DNA of 64,000 nucleotides. It comes from Amoebophrya sp. A120. Its lineage: Eukaryota > Protista > Dinoflagellata. The stretch covers positions 850,449 to 914,448 of the forward strand of contig CAJINV010000021.1 in NCBI GenBank assembly GCA_905178155.1, written 5' to 3'. A program made the translations under genes and the position numbers. The notes beneath the pieces are model-generated. The model had not been told where the DNA came from. It saw nothing but the letters and a program-made list of their open reading frames with translations, and ran no database searches. This document shows, piece after piece, positions 1 to 10,668 of this stretch (positions are counted from its first letter, which is position 1; the number at the start of each line of letters is the position of its first letter).

Positions 1-1830
1 TACCATGCACATTCCGATTTTTCCGGAAAATCGGAATGTGCTTCCCCTGCGTCTAGTGGCTGTAGCCAAAAGAGGTCCTCTTTTGGCCCTTTCTGTCCAC
101 CATACCATGCACATTCCGATTTTCAGTAGAAATCGGAATGTGCCCGCGCGGCAGTGGCCGGGATCCCACCGGAGACGCCCCAAGATGGCTGCTCGATCGA
201 AAGCCCACCTCGTGGCCGCCAGCCAAAAATGGTCGGTTTTGGTCAGCTTGTCTCCACCATACCATGCACATTCCGATTTTTCCAGAAAATCGGAGTGTGC
301 TTCCCCTGCGTCTAGTGGCTGTAGCCAAAAGAGGTCCCGTTTTGGCCGATTTCTGTCCACCATACCATGGACATTCCGATTTTCAGTAGAGATCGGAATG
401 TGCCCGCGCGGCAGTCGCCGGGATCCCACCTGAGGGGCCCCGGGATGGCCGCTCGAAAGCGCACCGTGTGGCCGATAGCCAAAAATGTCTGGTTTTGGTC
501 AGTTTGTATCTACCATAACATGCACATTCCGATTTTTCCGGAAAATCGGAATGTGCTTCCCCTGCCCTTCGCGGCCGTAGCCAAAAAAGGTCGTGCTTTG
601 GCCGATTTGTGTCCACCATACCAGGCACATTCCGATTTTTCCAGAAAATCGGAATGTGCTTCCCCTGCCCGTCGCGGCCGCAGCCAAAAAATGGCCCATT
701 TTGGCCGATTTCTGTCCACCATACCATGCACATTCCGATTTTCAGTAGAAATCGGAATGTGCCTGCGCGGCAGTCGCCGGGATCCCACCGGAGAGGCCCG
801 AGATGGCCGCTCGAAAGCCCACCTCGTGGCCGCCAGCCAAAAATGGTCGGTTTTGGTCAGCTTGTCTCCACCATACCATGCACATTCCGATTTCTCCAGA
901 AAATCGGAATGTGCTTCCCCTGCCCCTCGAGGCCGTAGCCAAAAAAGGTCCTGTTTTGGCCGATTTGCGTCCCGCATACCATGCACACTCCGACTTCCAG
1001 TAAAAATCGGAATACGCCCAGGCAGCAGTCGCCGCAATACCACCGGAGAGGCCCCGCGGAGATGGCCGCTCGAAGGCCAACCTGGTGGCCGCCAGCCAAA
1101 AATGTTCGGTTTTGGTGAGTTTCCATCTACCATACCATGCACATTCCGATTTTTCCTGAAAATCGGAATGTGCTTCTCCTGCCCGTCGCGGCCGCAGCCA
1201 AAAAAAGGCCCATTTTGGCCGATTTCTGTCCACCATACCATGCACCTTCCGATTTTCAGTAGAAATCGGAATGTGCCCGCGCGGCAGTCGCCGGGATCCC
1301 ACCGGAATGGCCCCAAGATGGTCGCTCGAAAGCCCACCTTCTGGCCGCTAGCCAAAAATGTCCGGTTTTGGTCAGTTTCCATCCACCATACCATGCACAT
1401 TCCGATTTTTCCAGGAAATCGGAATGTGCTTCCCCTGCGTCTAGTGGCTGTAGCCAAAAAAGGTCCTGTTTTGGCCCACTTCTGTCGACCATACCATGCA
1501 CATCCCGATTTTCAGGAGAAATCGGAACTCGCGCCTCCGGCGCCGTCGGGCAGCCGCAGGAGACATGTTTAAAATTATGTCCCGTTAAAGCGCAGCTTCC
1601 GGCTTCTACCCAAAAGTGCTCGTTTTTTCTCAATCTTCATCCACCATAGCGTGCACATTCCGATTTTCCCGGAAAATCGGAATGTGCCTCGCCTGCACGT
1701 CACAGCCACCGCGGCCCAAAAAACTTCTGTTTTGGCCCATTTTTGTTCACCGTACCGTGCACATTCCGATTTTCAGCAAAAATCGAAATGTGCCCGTCCG
1801 GCTTCCGCCGGACGATGGCCGCTCGAACCA
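1..1830. repeat. Hairpin-rich tandem satellite (~257-bp unit made of alternating ~102 and ~155-bp subunits)
   Basis: About 15 copies of the palindrome GCACATTCCGATTTT-N5-AAAATCGGAATGTGC (first at 7-41) with conserved alternating linkers; runs off the left edge. Confidence 0.9.
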
Positions 1831-2489
1831 CAGCCGGAAGACTGACGATGAGGCTGCTTTCATGGTACCAAGCACCTAACACCAACGACACATCGAGTCA
1901 AATACGCTAGGACGTGGACATTGCAAAAAACGAAACGGTCAACAAAATATACAAATCTTCCCTCAATGGCTTTCGCCCCCCCCCCCCCCAAGTTAGAGTC
2001 GCCCTCTGCGTGAAGTCCCTCGGCGTTGTTACCTTCGCCTTCTTCTAGTCCTGAGAACAACGCCTCTCTCATTGCCGACGAACACACAGAGTCAACCCGA
2101 GGACGAGGAGCTAATCGCTTCTGGATATAGTAGCGGGTTGTTAATTTTTTGCCTTTGGTAGATCGACGTCGTACAACAAAAGTCTTAGACCGCTCTTTTT
2201 CTTTTTGTTTTTTCGCACGCAGAGCAACCTTCTTCGCGTAGCTCTAGCTTGCCTTTTTTTCTTCTTCCAAAAACGCAGTCTTAGTAATTTCACGGACAGG
2301 GTTTCCCGACCAAGAGGAAACTTGCGCTCCAAAATCAATAGCATCACGCCCACTTCTTGCGCATTTGTAATCCCCTTCATTGTACGTTTTCAAACTGTCC
2401 TCCTCCGTGCTGCAGTGGTTAATTATGTGAATCTGAATGCGTGTGCGTCCATTCCTTGCTGATGTTCCACGGACGTCCAAAAGTGGGCA

Positions 2490-2809
2490 CAAATTGCGCC
2501 CATAGCATGCGGATTCGCGGTCTTTGTCGTCTTGGCATTTTTTTGGCGCCCCGGTTTGGGCGCCCTAAATCGGCGGAATGCGCCTCAGAAGGGCGCCCCT
2601 TTTGCCGGCTCCCCTGCGTCGTTTTGCCAAGCGGAAATCAATAGAGTTCGGCCGGGCTTGTCTGATGAGAAAGCCCCGGCCGATTGAAAAATGAGATTTT
2701 TAATATGTGCAAAAACAAAAAGCCCTCCGGCCGATTCAAATAAACTGCCGGTCGTTTTTGCTCAGACATGTAAAAAAAACCAGCTGAGATAGAACGTTCG
2801 TGACCTCAC
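2490..2809. mobile_element. Partial copy (right part) of the TA-flanked MITE at 55373-56061
   Basis: Shares GCGCCTCAGAAGGGCGCCCCTTTTGCCGGCTCCCCTGCGTCGTTTT and the end AGAACGTTCGTGACCTCAC-TA with 55740-56063; left TIR not found, left boundary approximate. Confidence 0.7.
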
Positions 2810-2860
2810 TAACACTACATACGATCACGACTTTATCTCCACCAGTGCTTCTTTTTCATT

Positions 2861-5176
2861 TCAAACGCCATCTGGTACCTCCAGCCCCAACAAACTGGCG
2901 TTTCTCTGGATTCGTGATTTGATGGTCCTCTTGTCTTCCTTCGCCAACAGTTCCTCTTGCTCTCGCGTGTCGGCCGAAAGTTCGCTCCCGTGCGCTGCCC
3001 TGGCGTCCCCGCCGCAGGCCGCCGCCCACTTGCGCAAGGTCTCTGCGACCCACAGGTGCGGGTCCCGGAACCAAGCACTTTTCTTTTTCTCGTAGGGTTG
3101 CACGTTGTACACGTTCACGCCCCGCAGGTGTGTGTCCCGCAGCAGCCACAGCTTTGTGTTGTATTGGTTTTTCGCGAGCTCCGTGAGACCCTGAAATCGG
3201 CTTTCGTCCCCGCCCGGACGGCTGTCCGGGTAGACTTTCGCCCCGGTGACCAGACTGAGGCCCACGTTGCTCAGGTTGATCCGCACGGAGCTGAGTGGCT
3301 GACCCCCTTTGTCTCCGTTCGCGTGCACATGATGCATCAGCGTCGCGACCTCTTTTGCGTCGAACAGGTTCACCTTCACGTGTATGAACTCGATTGGTTT
3401 GGAGTTTTCCGTTCCGCGCAGCCGGTTCTGCAGCAGCCGCATCTTCTCCTTGCCCAGCTTCCACGCGTTCCAGCGCAGCCAGAAGCTGTTGGACTCCCGC
3501 GCGTCGAAGCCGCTCGCGCCCAGGCTGAGGTGCGGTTGGAGGCGGGGCGGGTTGGGCGCCACCTTGCCGTTCTGCACCCACGGCGAGAAGGGGGAGGGTT
3601 TATTCCGGTCTCCACTAGGGTCCCATCGCGCGTACCACGCACCGAGGATCAGCTGGAACCAGTCGCGCAGGTATTTTATCCTCTCCAGCCTTGTCCAAAT
3701 CACCACATAAGTGATAGTCCCCGTGTTTCCCTGGTCGTTGAACAGCAACTGAGCGAGCGCGGCCATGATATTATCGTCTCTAGTGTAACCGGTGACGTCG
3801 GATTCTAGGAGCTCGGCGCGCGCGCGTCTTGGAAAGAGCCACTCCTGTGCCTCCTCGTCGAAGTCGGTGTCGACGTTCAAATACGTGCGGATAAGCTCCA
3901 CGCACTTATGAACTGCAAAAGTATCCTATCGCACTCGTATAAATGCATTTCCTCAGCATGAGACATGAAATTTGTAATGCTGACTTACCTTAAGAAAAAG
4001 ATTTGTAATGCATGATTGCAATACGAGTAAGTACGATACTTTTGCACTGGATAGGACTCCTTCAGCAACAAATGCACCGCCGGCTCCCAGTCCGCGACCA
4101 CGATCGTTGTTTCCGGCAAGATATCAAATGCCAAAATGTCTGGGTCTGGAAGAGTGCATGTTTGTCATGCTTGTCTGGCATGACTCTTAAATCTGTCCTG
4201 CACTTTACCCAAGCGCCCCATTTTTCTGTCATGCAGAAACGCAGTTTGTCATGCAGAGTAGGCAACACCTAGAAGCTCAGAAACTTGTCACGCTGAGCCA
4301 GCTTATGCGGCCTCCTCATGATACGCCGCCCAGCATCACAAGTTTCCAGACCCAGACACTTTTACATTTGATACAAGATCTGGCACAAAAACGGCAGCAA
4401 GGAGAAGCCGCTGGTGATGAACACGCTGTTGTCGGCGTCTGCCGGGCGCACGGGGGACGCGGTGACGATCTTGCCGGAAGTAGAAGCCCCCCGGCGGCCC
4501 TTGTTCGTCCCGCTCTTCGTCCAGCCGGGGGCGCGCATGGGCGTGTGCGGAAACCGGACCGGTTCCTGCGGACCCGGACGGAAATAACCCGCGAGCTGCA
4601 GTGGTGCCGCGTGGGGCTGCACGTGCGGGTTTTTGGTTGCGACGGAAGCGAGCGTGTCGGCAACGCCCCCGGCGGCGGCAGAGTGCCGCCCGTCCTCGCT
4701 ACGGCCGGAGTCGGACTCCGAATCATGTTCAGCGCCGAGGACCAGGTGGTTCGTCTCGATCACGTCCCTGTGCAAGCGCTCCACGGCGAAATTCAAAGTG
4801 TCCTATCCCAGAGAAAAAAGCTGGCAGGGCATATTCGTAATGCAAAAATAAATACACAGAGAGATCTGCCATGGGCGGCCTCGTAGCATGCTATTTGGGA
4901 TACGAAATACAAATTTTTTTGTCTATTCATTTTTGCATTACAAATGTGACCTGCCAGTTTTTTTCTGTGTGATATGTCCGCGAACTTGCGCGCGTTCCGG
5001 TGCACGTCTGCGTCCCCAGTCGCCGCGGGCCCGAACGCAGGAAAGACTCTCTCCAGTTCGAACTTCCGCCTGCTTTCCGCCCGGGGTTCCCACGCGGGAC
5101 GGGGACGGGCTGCAGCCGCAGCGGCAGCTGCGGCCACTACGGGGGAGGCGGCGAGTCCGAAAGCCAACTTCATCAT
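2861..5176 (-). CDS. Hypothetical protein with hydrophobic Ala-rich N-terminus; 4 exons, 3 introners
   Basis: ORFs 4793-5176, 4362-4796, a short exon at 4054-4121 and 2861-3901 join in frame (..FADTLNFAV.., ..QILPETT.., ..KESVELIR..) when each element plus 5 nt is removed. Confidence 0.75.
3907..4053. mobile_element. Introner family A (TIR TAT-N4-TGCAAAAGTA)
   Basis: TATGAACTGCAAAAGTATC...GATACTTTTGCACTGGATA; flanks GCACT/GGACT. Confidence 0.85.
4122..4373. mobile_element. Introner family B (TIR TATCAAATG..AAATGTCTGGGTCTGGAA)
   Basis: ~29-nt imperfect TIR; perfect 5-bp duplication CAAGA. Confidence 0.9.
4804..4974. mobile_element. Introner family H (TIR TATC.CA.AGAAAAAA.CTGGCAGG)
   Basis: Long (~55-nt) imperfect inverted arms; perfect duplication TGTCC. 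Confidence 0.9.
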
Positions 5177-5495
5177 TCTTGTTTTTCGGATAATTCTGGA
5201 GTTTGTAGAAAAAAAGTGGGGCGAGACGATGATCAGAAGTTTTTAGATTGCAACGTAAAATCAAAATTAAAGTTATGAGTGAAGGAGTTTTTAGAAAGTG
5301 GTGAGGCCGCACAGCTGCTATCTTTAGCCTACAACAGAAGCAAAGCAAAACCTGTGGGTTTGGACATGTTATTAATATCCTCGCTCGACGTGGTCTTCCA
5401 CGCCGTGGGAAACCGAAACGCACACCACCGACCTCCTCTTCCATGCTTTCAGTACTGCTACTGGGCGGCATGTCAACTTCAATATTCACTCCGAC

Positions 5496-5690
5496 GGATC
5501 CACAAATAACCATTCTGATCCTGAAGTACAAGTAGTAGCTTCGAAAGTCGATCAATTCTGACGGATCCACAAATAACCATTCTGATCCTGAAGTACAAGT
5601 AGTAGCTTCGGAAGTCGATCAATTCCGATGGGGGATCCACAAATAACGACTCTGATCCTGAAGTACAAGTAGTTTCTCGGGAAGTCGACC
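5496..5690. repeat. Three tandem ~67-bp repeats
   Basis: GGATCCACAAATAACCATTCTGATCCTGAAGTACAAGTAG... starts at 5496, 5563 and 5633. Confidence 0.9.
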
Positions 5691-5949
5691 GAATCGTGTC
5701 TATCTCATTCTCCTGTGTCTGTGCCTGTGATCGATCCGGATTTTAATTTATTTCGTGTCGTCACGGTTATCAGTTTAATACTACACAGGAGCAGGACCAC
5801 CGAATCCATTTCTGGAGTAGTAGTACTCGCAGTGAGCCAGTCGACACGATGGCTGGTCGCAACTGCAAGCGAAAGAGGACTCATCGTGATTCATTTATTT
5901 CTTTCTCTTCGTCGCAACATCAACATGATCAGAACTATATTATTAGCGG

Positions 5950-6180
5950 CCATCCGCCGGTGGAAGATGGCCACTGGAAGGACAGCCTCCGGCGTCTACC
6001 GAAAGGTGCTCGGTTTTGTAAAACTTTCATCCACCATAGCACTCACCTTCCGATTTTCCCGGAAAATCGGAATGTGTCACGTCCAATACCCAGAAAACCC
6101 CTGCTGCTTTCGCAGGTTTCCATCCACGACACCATGCACATTCCGATATTCACAAAAAATGGGGATCTGTCCTACAAGAC
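5950..6180. repeat. Solo degenerate unit of the 1-1830 satellite
   Basis: TTCCGATTTTCCCGGAAAATCGGAATGTG near 6048-6076 and ACCATGCACATTCCGAT at 6131. Confidence 0.8.
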
Positions 6181-6838
6181 GAGGAGGTCCGGACGATTTG
6201 GCGACCGAAGTTGGTACTTACTGATTTGGCAGCCCTCTGTTTCTGTTTGTACTTGCAGTGACCTAGTAAGAGAGTGTGAATACCGAGGGAGCTTGTTGAA
6301 GCGACACTCTACTTGCTGCAGCTTCATCTGCTCGAGGAAGCACACATGAACCGCAAGAAAATGACCGAAGCCTATACAAAATACAATTTGAATTTTTTTC
6401 TTGGGCGGTACGAGCAGGCGAAGGCGGAAAAGAAACAACTACGCTTCCGGTGTGCTCAAAGATGAACACCTACACCCAAGCCCAGCGCGATTATGATTGT
6501 ACATAGGCAAAAAGAAAATTTGTTTCCCAGCATATACGCTGGCTAATTGTAATGTTGAGTACCGTGGTAGCACATTCATTGTACAAGTGGAAGTGTCAGA
6601 AAGGGGTGGAGAAACAGAGGCAGCAGGCACTGCTGAATCATTCTAATCTAGTAATTTCCACGTGGTCCTCAACCTCATGTCTGTGCCTCGATCGCACAAC
6701 CACACAGACACAGTGGCACTGGTATCAGCATCGTATATTGTTGATATATCATGCACCTCCCCTGCGAGCAGGCCGAGGACCAAGCCTTTTGTCCACAGAG
6801 ACAGGGTCCACATAATCCACCTCTTTTTTCCTTGTTGT

Positions 6839-8295
6839 TCACGATGGAGCAGGTTCACCGGGTTCACCACCTTCGTTGGGCGGAGCGGGTTCGGTACTAG
6901 CTGGGGCTTGTGGTCCACCTACCTCCGCGGAAGCAGCAGCGGTTTCTTCGGCTGGAGGTGCATCTTCGGCGCCAGGTACTCCTTCTGCAGCCCCGGGGGC
7001 CGCATCGGCTTCGGGACCGGCACCCGTGGTACCTGCGCCTTCCGTAGCAGCCGGTGCAGCAGGTCCTCCTGGGAGAGAAGCTCCTCCTCCACCCGTAGAA
7101 GTACTAGTAGCCCCAGCACCACCAGCCGCTCCCGCCGCCGCACTCTCTGCTGCAGCCGCGCCGGCCGCGCCTGTCGATCCTAGGGCTACAGCTGCAGTGC
7201 CGCCAATCGCGAGCACTACCGCGGCCACGCCGCCGAGGATCAACCCCGCACTGCTGCCTTTGTTTTCGCTTGCATCTTCTTCACCCGTCGTGTTGGAGGA
7301 ACCGGTTCTATTAGCATTCGTGTCGTTGGAGGCGCTGGCAGCTTCGTCTTCTTCACCTGTCGCGCCGGCCTGCTCCTGCTCTCCTGTAGCTGCTGCAGTA
7401 CTGCCGGCGTCGGTACTGCTCGTGCTCGTCGTAGAGGTCGTAGTACTAGTGGTGCTGGTGGTCGTAGTGCTACTCGTAGTGGTCGTCGTGGTGGTCGTGA
7501 TAATCCATTCGCTCGTTGCGCTGTTCACGCTCCATGCGGGCGCGAACAGCTCCACCCCGCAGATGGTGAGGAGGTCAGAAGTCCATTTGTAGTTATCTCC
7601 GGCTCCGTCATTATTGCGTCGCTCGTTCTCGTGCGGCGCCAGTACGTAAACATACTTCACGGGCTGTTTCGCCGAAAAATTGCTGAGCTCGACCTGCACA
7701 CCCTCACTTCCTGGTCCACCCGCGGGCACGTCCCCAAGCTCCACGTAGTCCTGGCCCGCAATGCTGTTAGTGTCCGTGACGAGCGCGTAAAGCTGCTTCC
7801 CTATATGCATTGCAAATATGTCTGGCTCTGGAAAGTTGTAATGCGAAAAGTGAATGTTGGAGTTGGTAGGCTGCACAAGGGCACTGCAATAGTACGGAGC
7901 CAAGCATGACAAATTTTTGAGCTGCTATGTGCTGCGTATTCCGCATGACAAACAACGTTTTTTCATGACAGACAAGAGGACCTGTTGCGATGCCCATATG
8001 CATCACAGATTGAGATTATCGACCTCGACGTCGACCTTGAGTCATGTCTTGTCAGACATGCATGACAAATGTAGTAATCTTCCAGACGACCCGGACACAT
8101 TTGCGTTTGATACCCGATATCCGCGTACGATGCCGAGTCGGTCTCGTCCACCGTGACAAGCGGATCCAGCCACAGCGTCGCACCGTTAAGCCGATCCTTC
8201 GCGTTGGCGTCCTCGCGGTTCCAGATTTTCAGGCGGTCCAGGTGGTGCCGATCGCCGTCCGCGAACCCAACGCGCCATGGGAACAGCAAGACCAA
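6839..8295 (-). CDS. Type I membrane protein 3' part: F-type-lectin (FTP)-like domain, Thr-rich stalk, TM helix, Ala/Pro-rich tail; 5' end unresolved
   Basis: PWRVGF..LKIWNRED..DRLNGATLW joined across the introner (DIG|KQLY) to ..KYVYV..LTICGVELF, then poly-Thr and GLILGGVAAVVLAIGGTAAVAL. Confidence 0.6.
7804..8112. mobile_element. Introner family B
   Basis: TATGCATTGCAAATATGTCTGG...CCGGACACATTTGCGTTTGATA; flanks CCCTA/CCCGA. Confidence 0.85.
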
Positions 8296-9304
8296 TCAAC
8301 ACCGCGCCGTAGCTGCAGCAGAGAAAAACGGCCGTGAAAGTGTAGTCGAGCCGGGTCAGGGCCAGCAGGTAGGTCACGATCCACTGCGTTACCACTTCCA
8401 CCAAAGCAAGCAAATCACGCACGACCTCGAACCCCTGGTCGGTCTTGACACGCACGGCATTTACCACCTCTTCGCCTTCTGCGACGCGGGTGCGCAGTTC
8501 TTCGTTTTCCTTTTCCAGCCGCGCGACTGCCGCTTGCTGCGTTGCCACGACCGCGGCCAGATCGGCGAGCTGCTGCTTCACCGAGGAAAGCGAGCTGCTT
8601 GCTTCTGTTGCAGCTACTGCCACATCACCTTCGCCGGGCTGCTCCCCGCCTTGGGGCCCGATTCCTAGCAACGCGGAGGTCGGCGCAGGAACTACTACTT
8701 CCGCGTCGGTTCTTTCTTCGGACCACGACTGTGTCGTGTCCTCGACAAAGCTCGTCGTGTAGTGGTGCGCAGTTGTTCTTGTACCGTGGGACGATGAACA
8801 AGATGCTGACGGCGGGGAAGGCACGTTGATGTCCTCGTTGCTCGCGTTGTAATAGTCCCCACTCACCATCGTCCGGTGTAGTCGTCCACCAGTCTGCGTG
8901 CTTGCTTTCGACCGTCTCGACGGAGGATCCAGATGAAGATCTTGCTGCAGAAAAGCTAGAGAGGCCTCATTTTCGTCCGCAAGGGCGGCCTGCCGCTCGG
9001 TCGTTCTTCCACCGCCGAGGGCGTCGTCGTCGACCTTGTCCTGGGTGAAAGAACTGACAGTATCCTGGTCAAGTAGGCCTTCCCGGGACGAGGATGGGGA
9101 AGTAGATGTTGATGATGCCTCCACTGTTGTACTAGCTTGGTCTTGTGCAACTACATGTTGAAACTTCATCTGCCCCACAGTTTCTTGTTTCCTGAGCTCG
9201 TGCTGCTGCGGGCCAAGGATGCGTGTGGCAAGGAGCCATTGCTGCGGTTCTTGCGACCACGGCGATGTCGTCGGTGCTGGGCAGTCTGAGGCTCTCCTCC
9301 TCAA
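8186..9304 (-). CDS. ORF with low-complexity and coiled-coil segments; probably the 5' part of the 6839-8295 gene
   Basis: 372-aa ORF including LSSVKQQLADLAAVVATQQAAVARLEKENEELRTRV; out of frame with its neighbours. Confidence 0.45.
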   Translation of the reverse strand: MRRRASDCPAPTTSPWSQEPQQWLLATRILGPQQHELRKQETVGQMKFQHVVAQDQASTTVEASSTSTSPSSSREGLLDQDTVSSFTQDKVDDDALGGGRTTERQAALADENEASLAFLQQDLHLDPPSRRSKASTQTGGRLHRTMVSGDYYNASNEDINVPSPPSASCSSSHGTRTTAHHYTTSFVEDTTQSWSEERTDAEVVVPAPTSALLGIGPQGGEQPGEGDVAVAATEASSSLSSVKQQLADLAAVVATQQAAVARLEKENEELRTRVAEGEEVVNAVRVKTDQGFEVVRDLLALVEVVTQWIVTYLLALTRLDYTFTAVFLCCSYGAVLIGLAVPMARWVRGRRSAPPGPPENLEPRGRQREGSA

Positions 9305-9925
9305 CGTCCTGTTGTCCGTATCCGTAGTTTTCTACTAGGGTACTAGCATCGGTTTGTTGTGCTGCAGCGCGACCCAGGACACCGCGGCACCACTCGGTCC
9401 CCTGCCAACAAGCTAGGAATAGACACGCTTTTGGTTGTCCAATGATTCTTTTTCGAGGCCGCGCCATCTTCAGCAATCGACACTGACTCAAACGAGATAG
9501 GAGATCAATTATCGGCGAGGCGATCTTGAAACTGGTTTGCTTTCAATACGATAGCCCCAGGTTCTTGCTCTAAAAAAACTAGAAGCGTTTGATCTTGAAG
9601 GATGTTGAAAATGTTCACACACAACTGACACACACGACACGACATCCAGCAGCTGCTAGTACCTCACTAAACATGCCCATGATTGCCGAATCCTCCCACT
9701 ACGATCGATTCACGCTTTGTCATCTTCACTCTTCCCGAACGACCCTTATCCTCCTACAAGGCACTGCGTTTCATACTGCGAACGTATTGTCGAACTTGTG
9801 AAATAGATCGCTCCCGAGCATTCATCATTGAGAAATACACTGTGTAACCACGGTCCACCCCAATGCCAATGGCGTCGCCCTCTCCACGGTGAAGATCGAC
9901 GGCGACCAACGGCAATATCCCACAC

Positions 9926-10430
9926 AATCCGCGAAAATTGAAAATTTTATCTTTATTCTTGACACGACGAGGAAACAACAGAAGCTTCTGCTTGTGTAGG
10001 CTTCTATCCTAATAAACCAATTACTTAGCGCGAGATAACAACAATCCTGGGAAATCCGCGAAATTTAAAAATTTTATTTTCATTACTAAGCCAAATTCGC
10101 GAAATTTGGAAATTTTATTTTTATCAGACGACAGATGAAAAATAGTTTGCATCTTCCAAACCAAAGCGGAGCTGTAGGAGCTGTACTGTACCGCGCACCT
10201 GTGGCTCATAGAAAAGTCAAGTTGTAATAACCGTTAGCAAAAACGACCTATCGACCAAGTGAGGACTTATCATCTTACCAATTCACCTTAAATCCGCGAA
10301 TTTTCAAAATTTTATTTTTATTAGACGAACTACGACAACGACAGGCAATTTCATCGAAATTCCGCTAATTTTTAAAATTTTATTTTCATCAGAACACAAA
10401 ATCCGCGGAATTTCAAAATTTCATTTTTAT
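9926..10430. repeat. Six dispersed copies of a ~32-nt AT-rich motif
   Basis: AAATCCGCGAAATTT.AAAATTTTATTTT.AT at about 9926, 10052, 10093, 10289, 10357 and 10398. Confidence 0.8.
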
Positions 10431-10668
10431 CGAAGCTCAAACATGGAAAATTCTTGTTTGCCTATTGAAGCGGACGTGAGCCGATTTCTCTGTACAGACT
10501 ACTTTGCGAAAAAAATATCGCGTTGACTTCATCCACACCTCTACGATTCTGATAGGACGTTCCTGCTGGAAGTAGAGCTGCTGTCGTGTCTCCCAACCCA
10601 TCAGATGAGTCGCAAGCGTCGATACCTTTAACTTTATTCATTGATCGTGTCTACATGATCCGACGATC

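Noticed and set aside
575-600. Resemblance to the dinoflagellate spliced leader (CCGTAGCCA...TTTTGGC)
   Set aside because: Only 9-10-nt partial matches that are part of the satellite's GCCAAAA/TTTTGGC stem; no full 22-nt leader or SL-RNA structure seen.
5-1649. Long ORFs (up to 401 aa) in the left satellite
   Set aside because: Open in several frames on both strands and simply translate the repeat.
1-1830. CRISPR-like appearance (35-nt palindromic repeats with spacers)
   Set aside because: Spacers are 65-120 nt and are themselves repeated in alternation; no cas genes; eukaryotic context.
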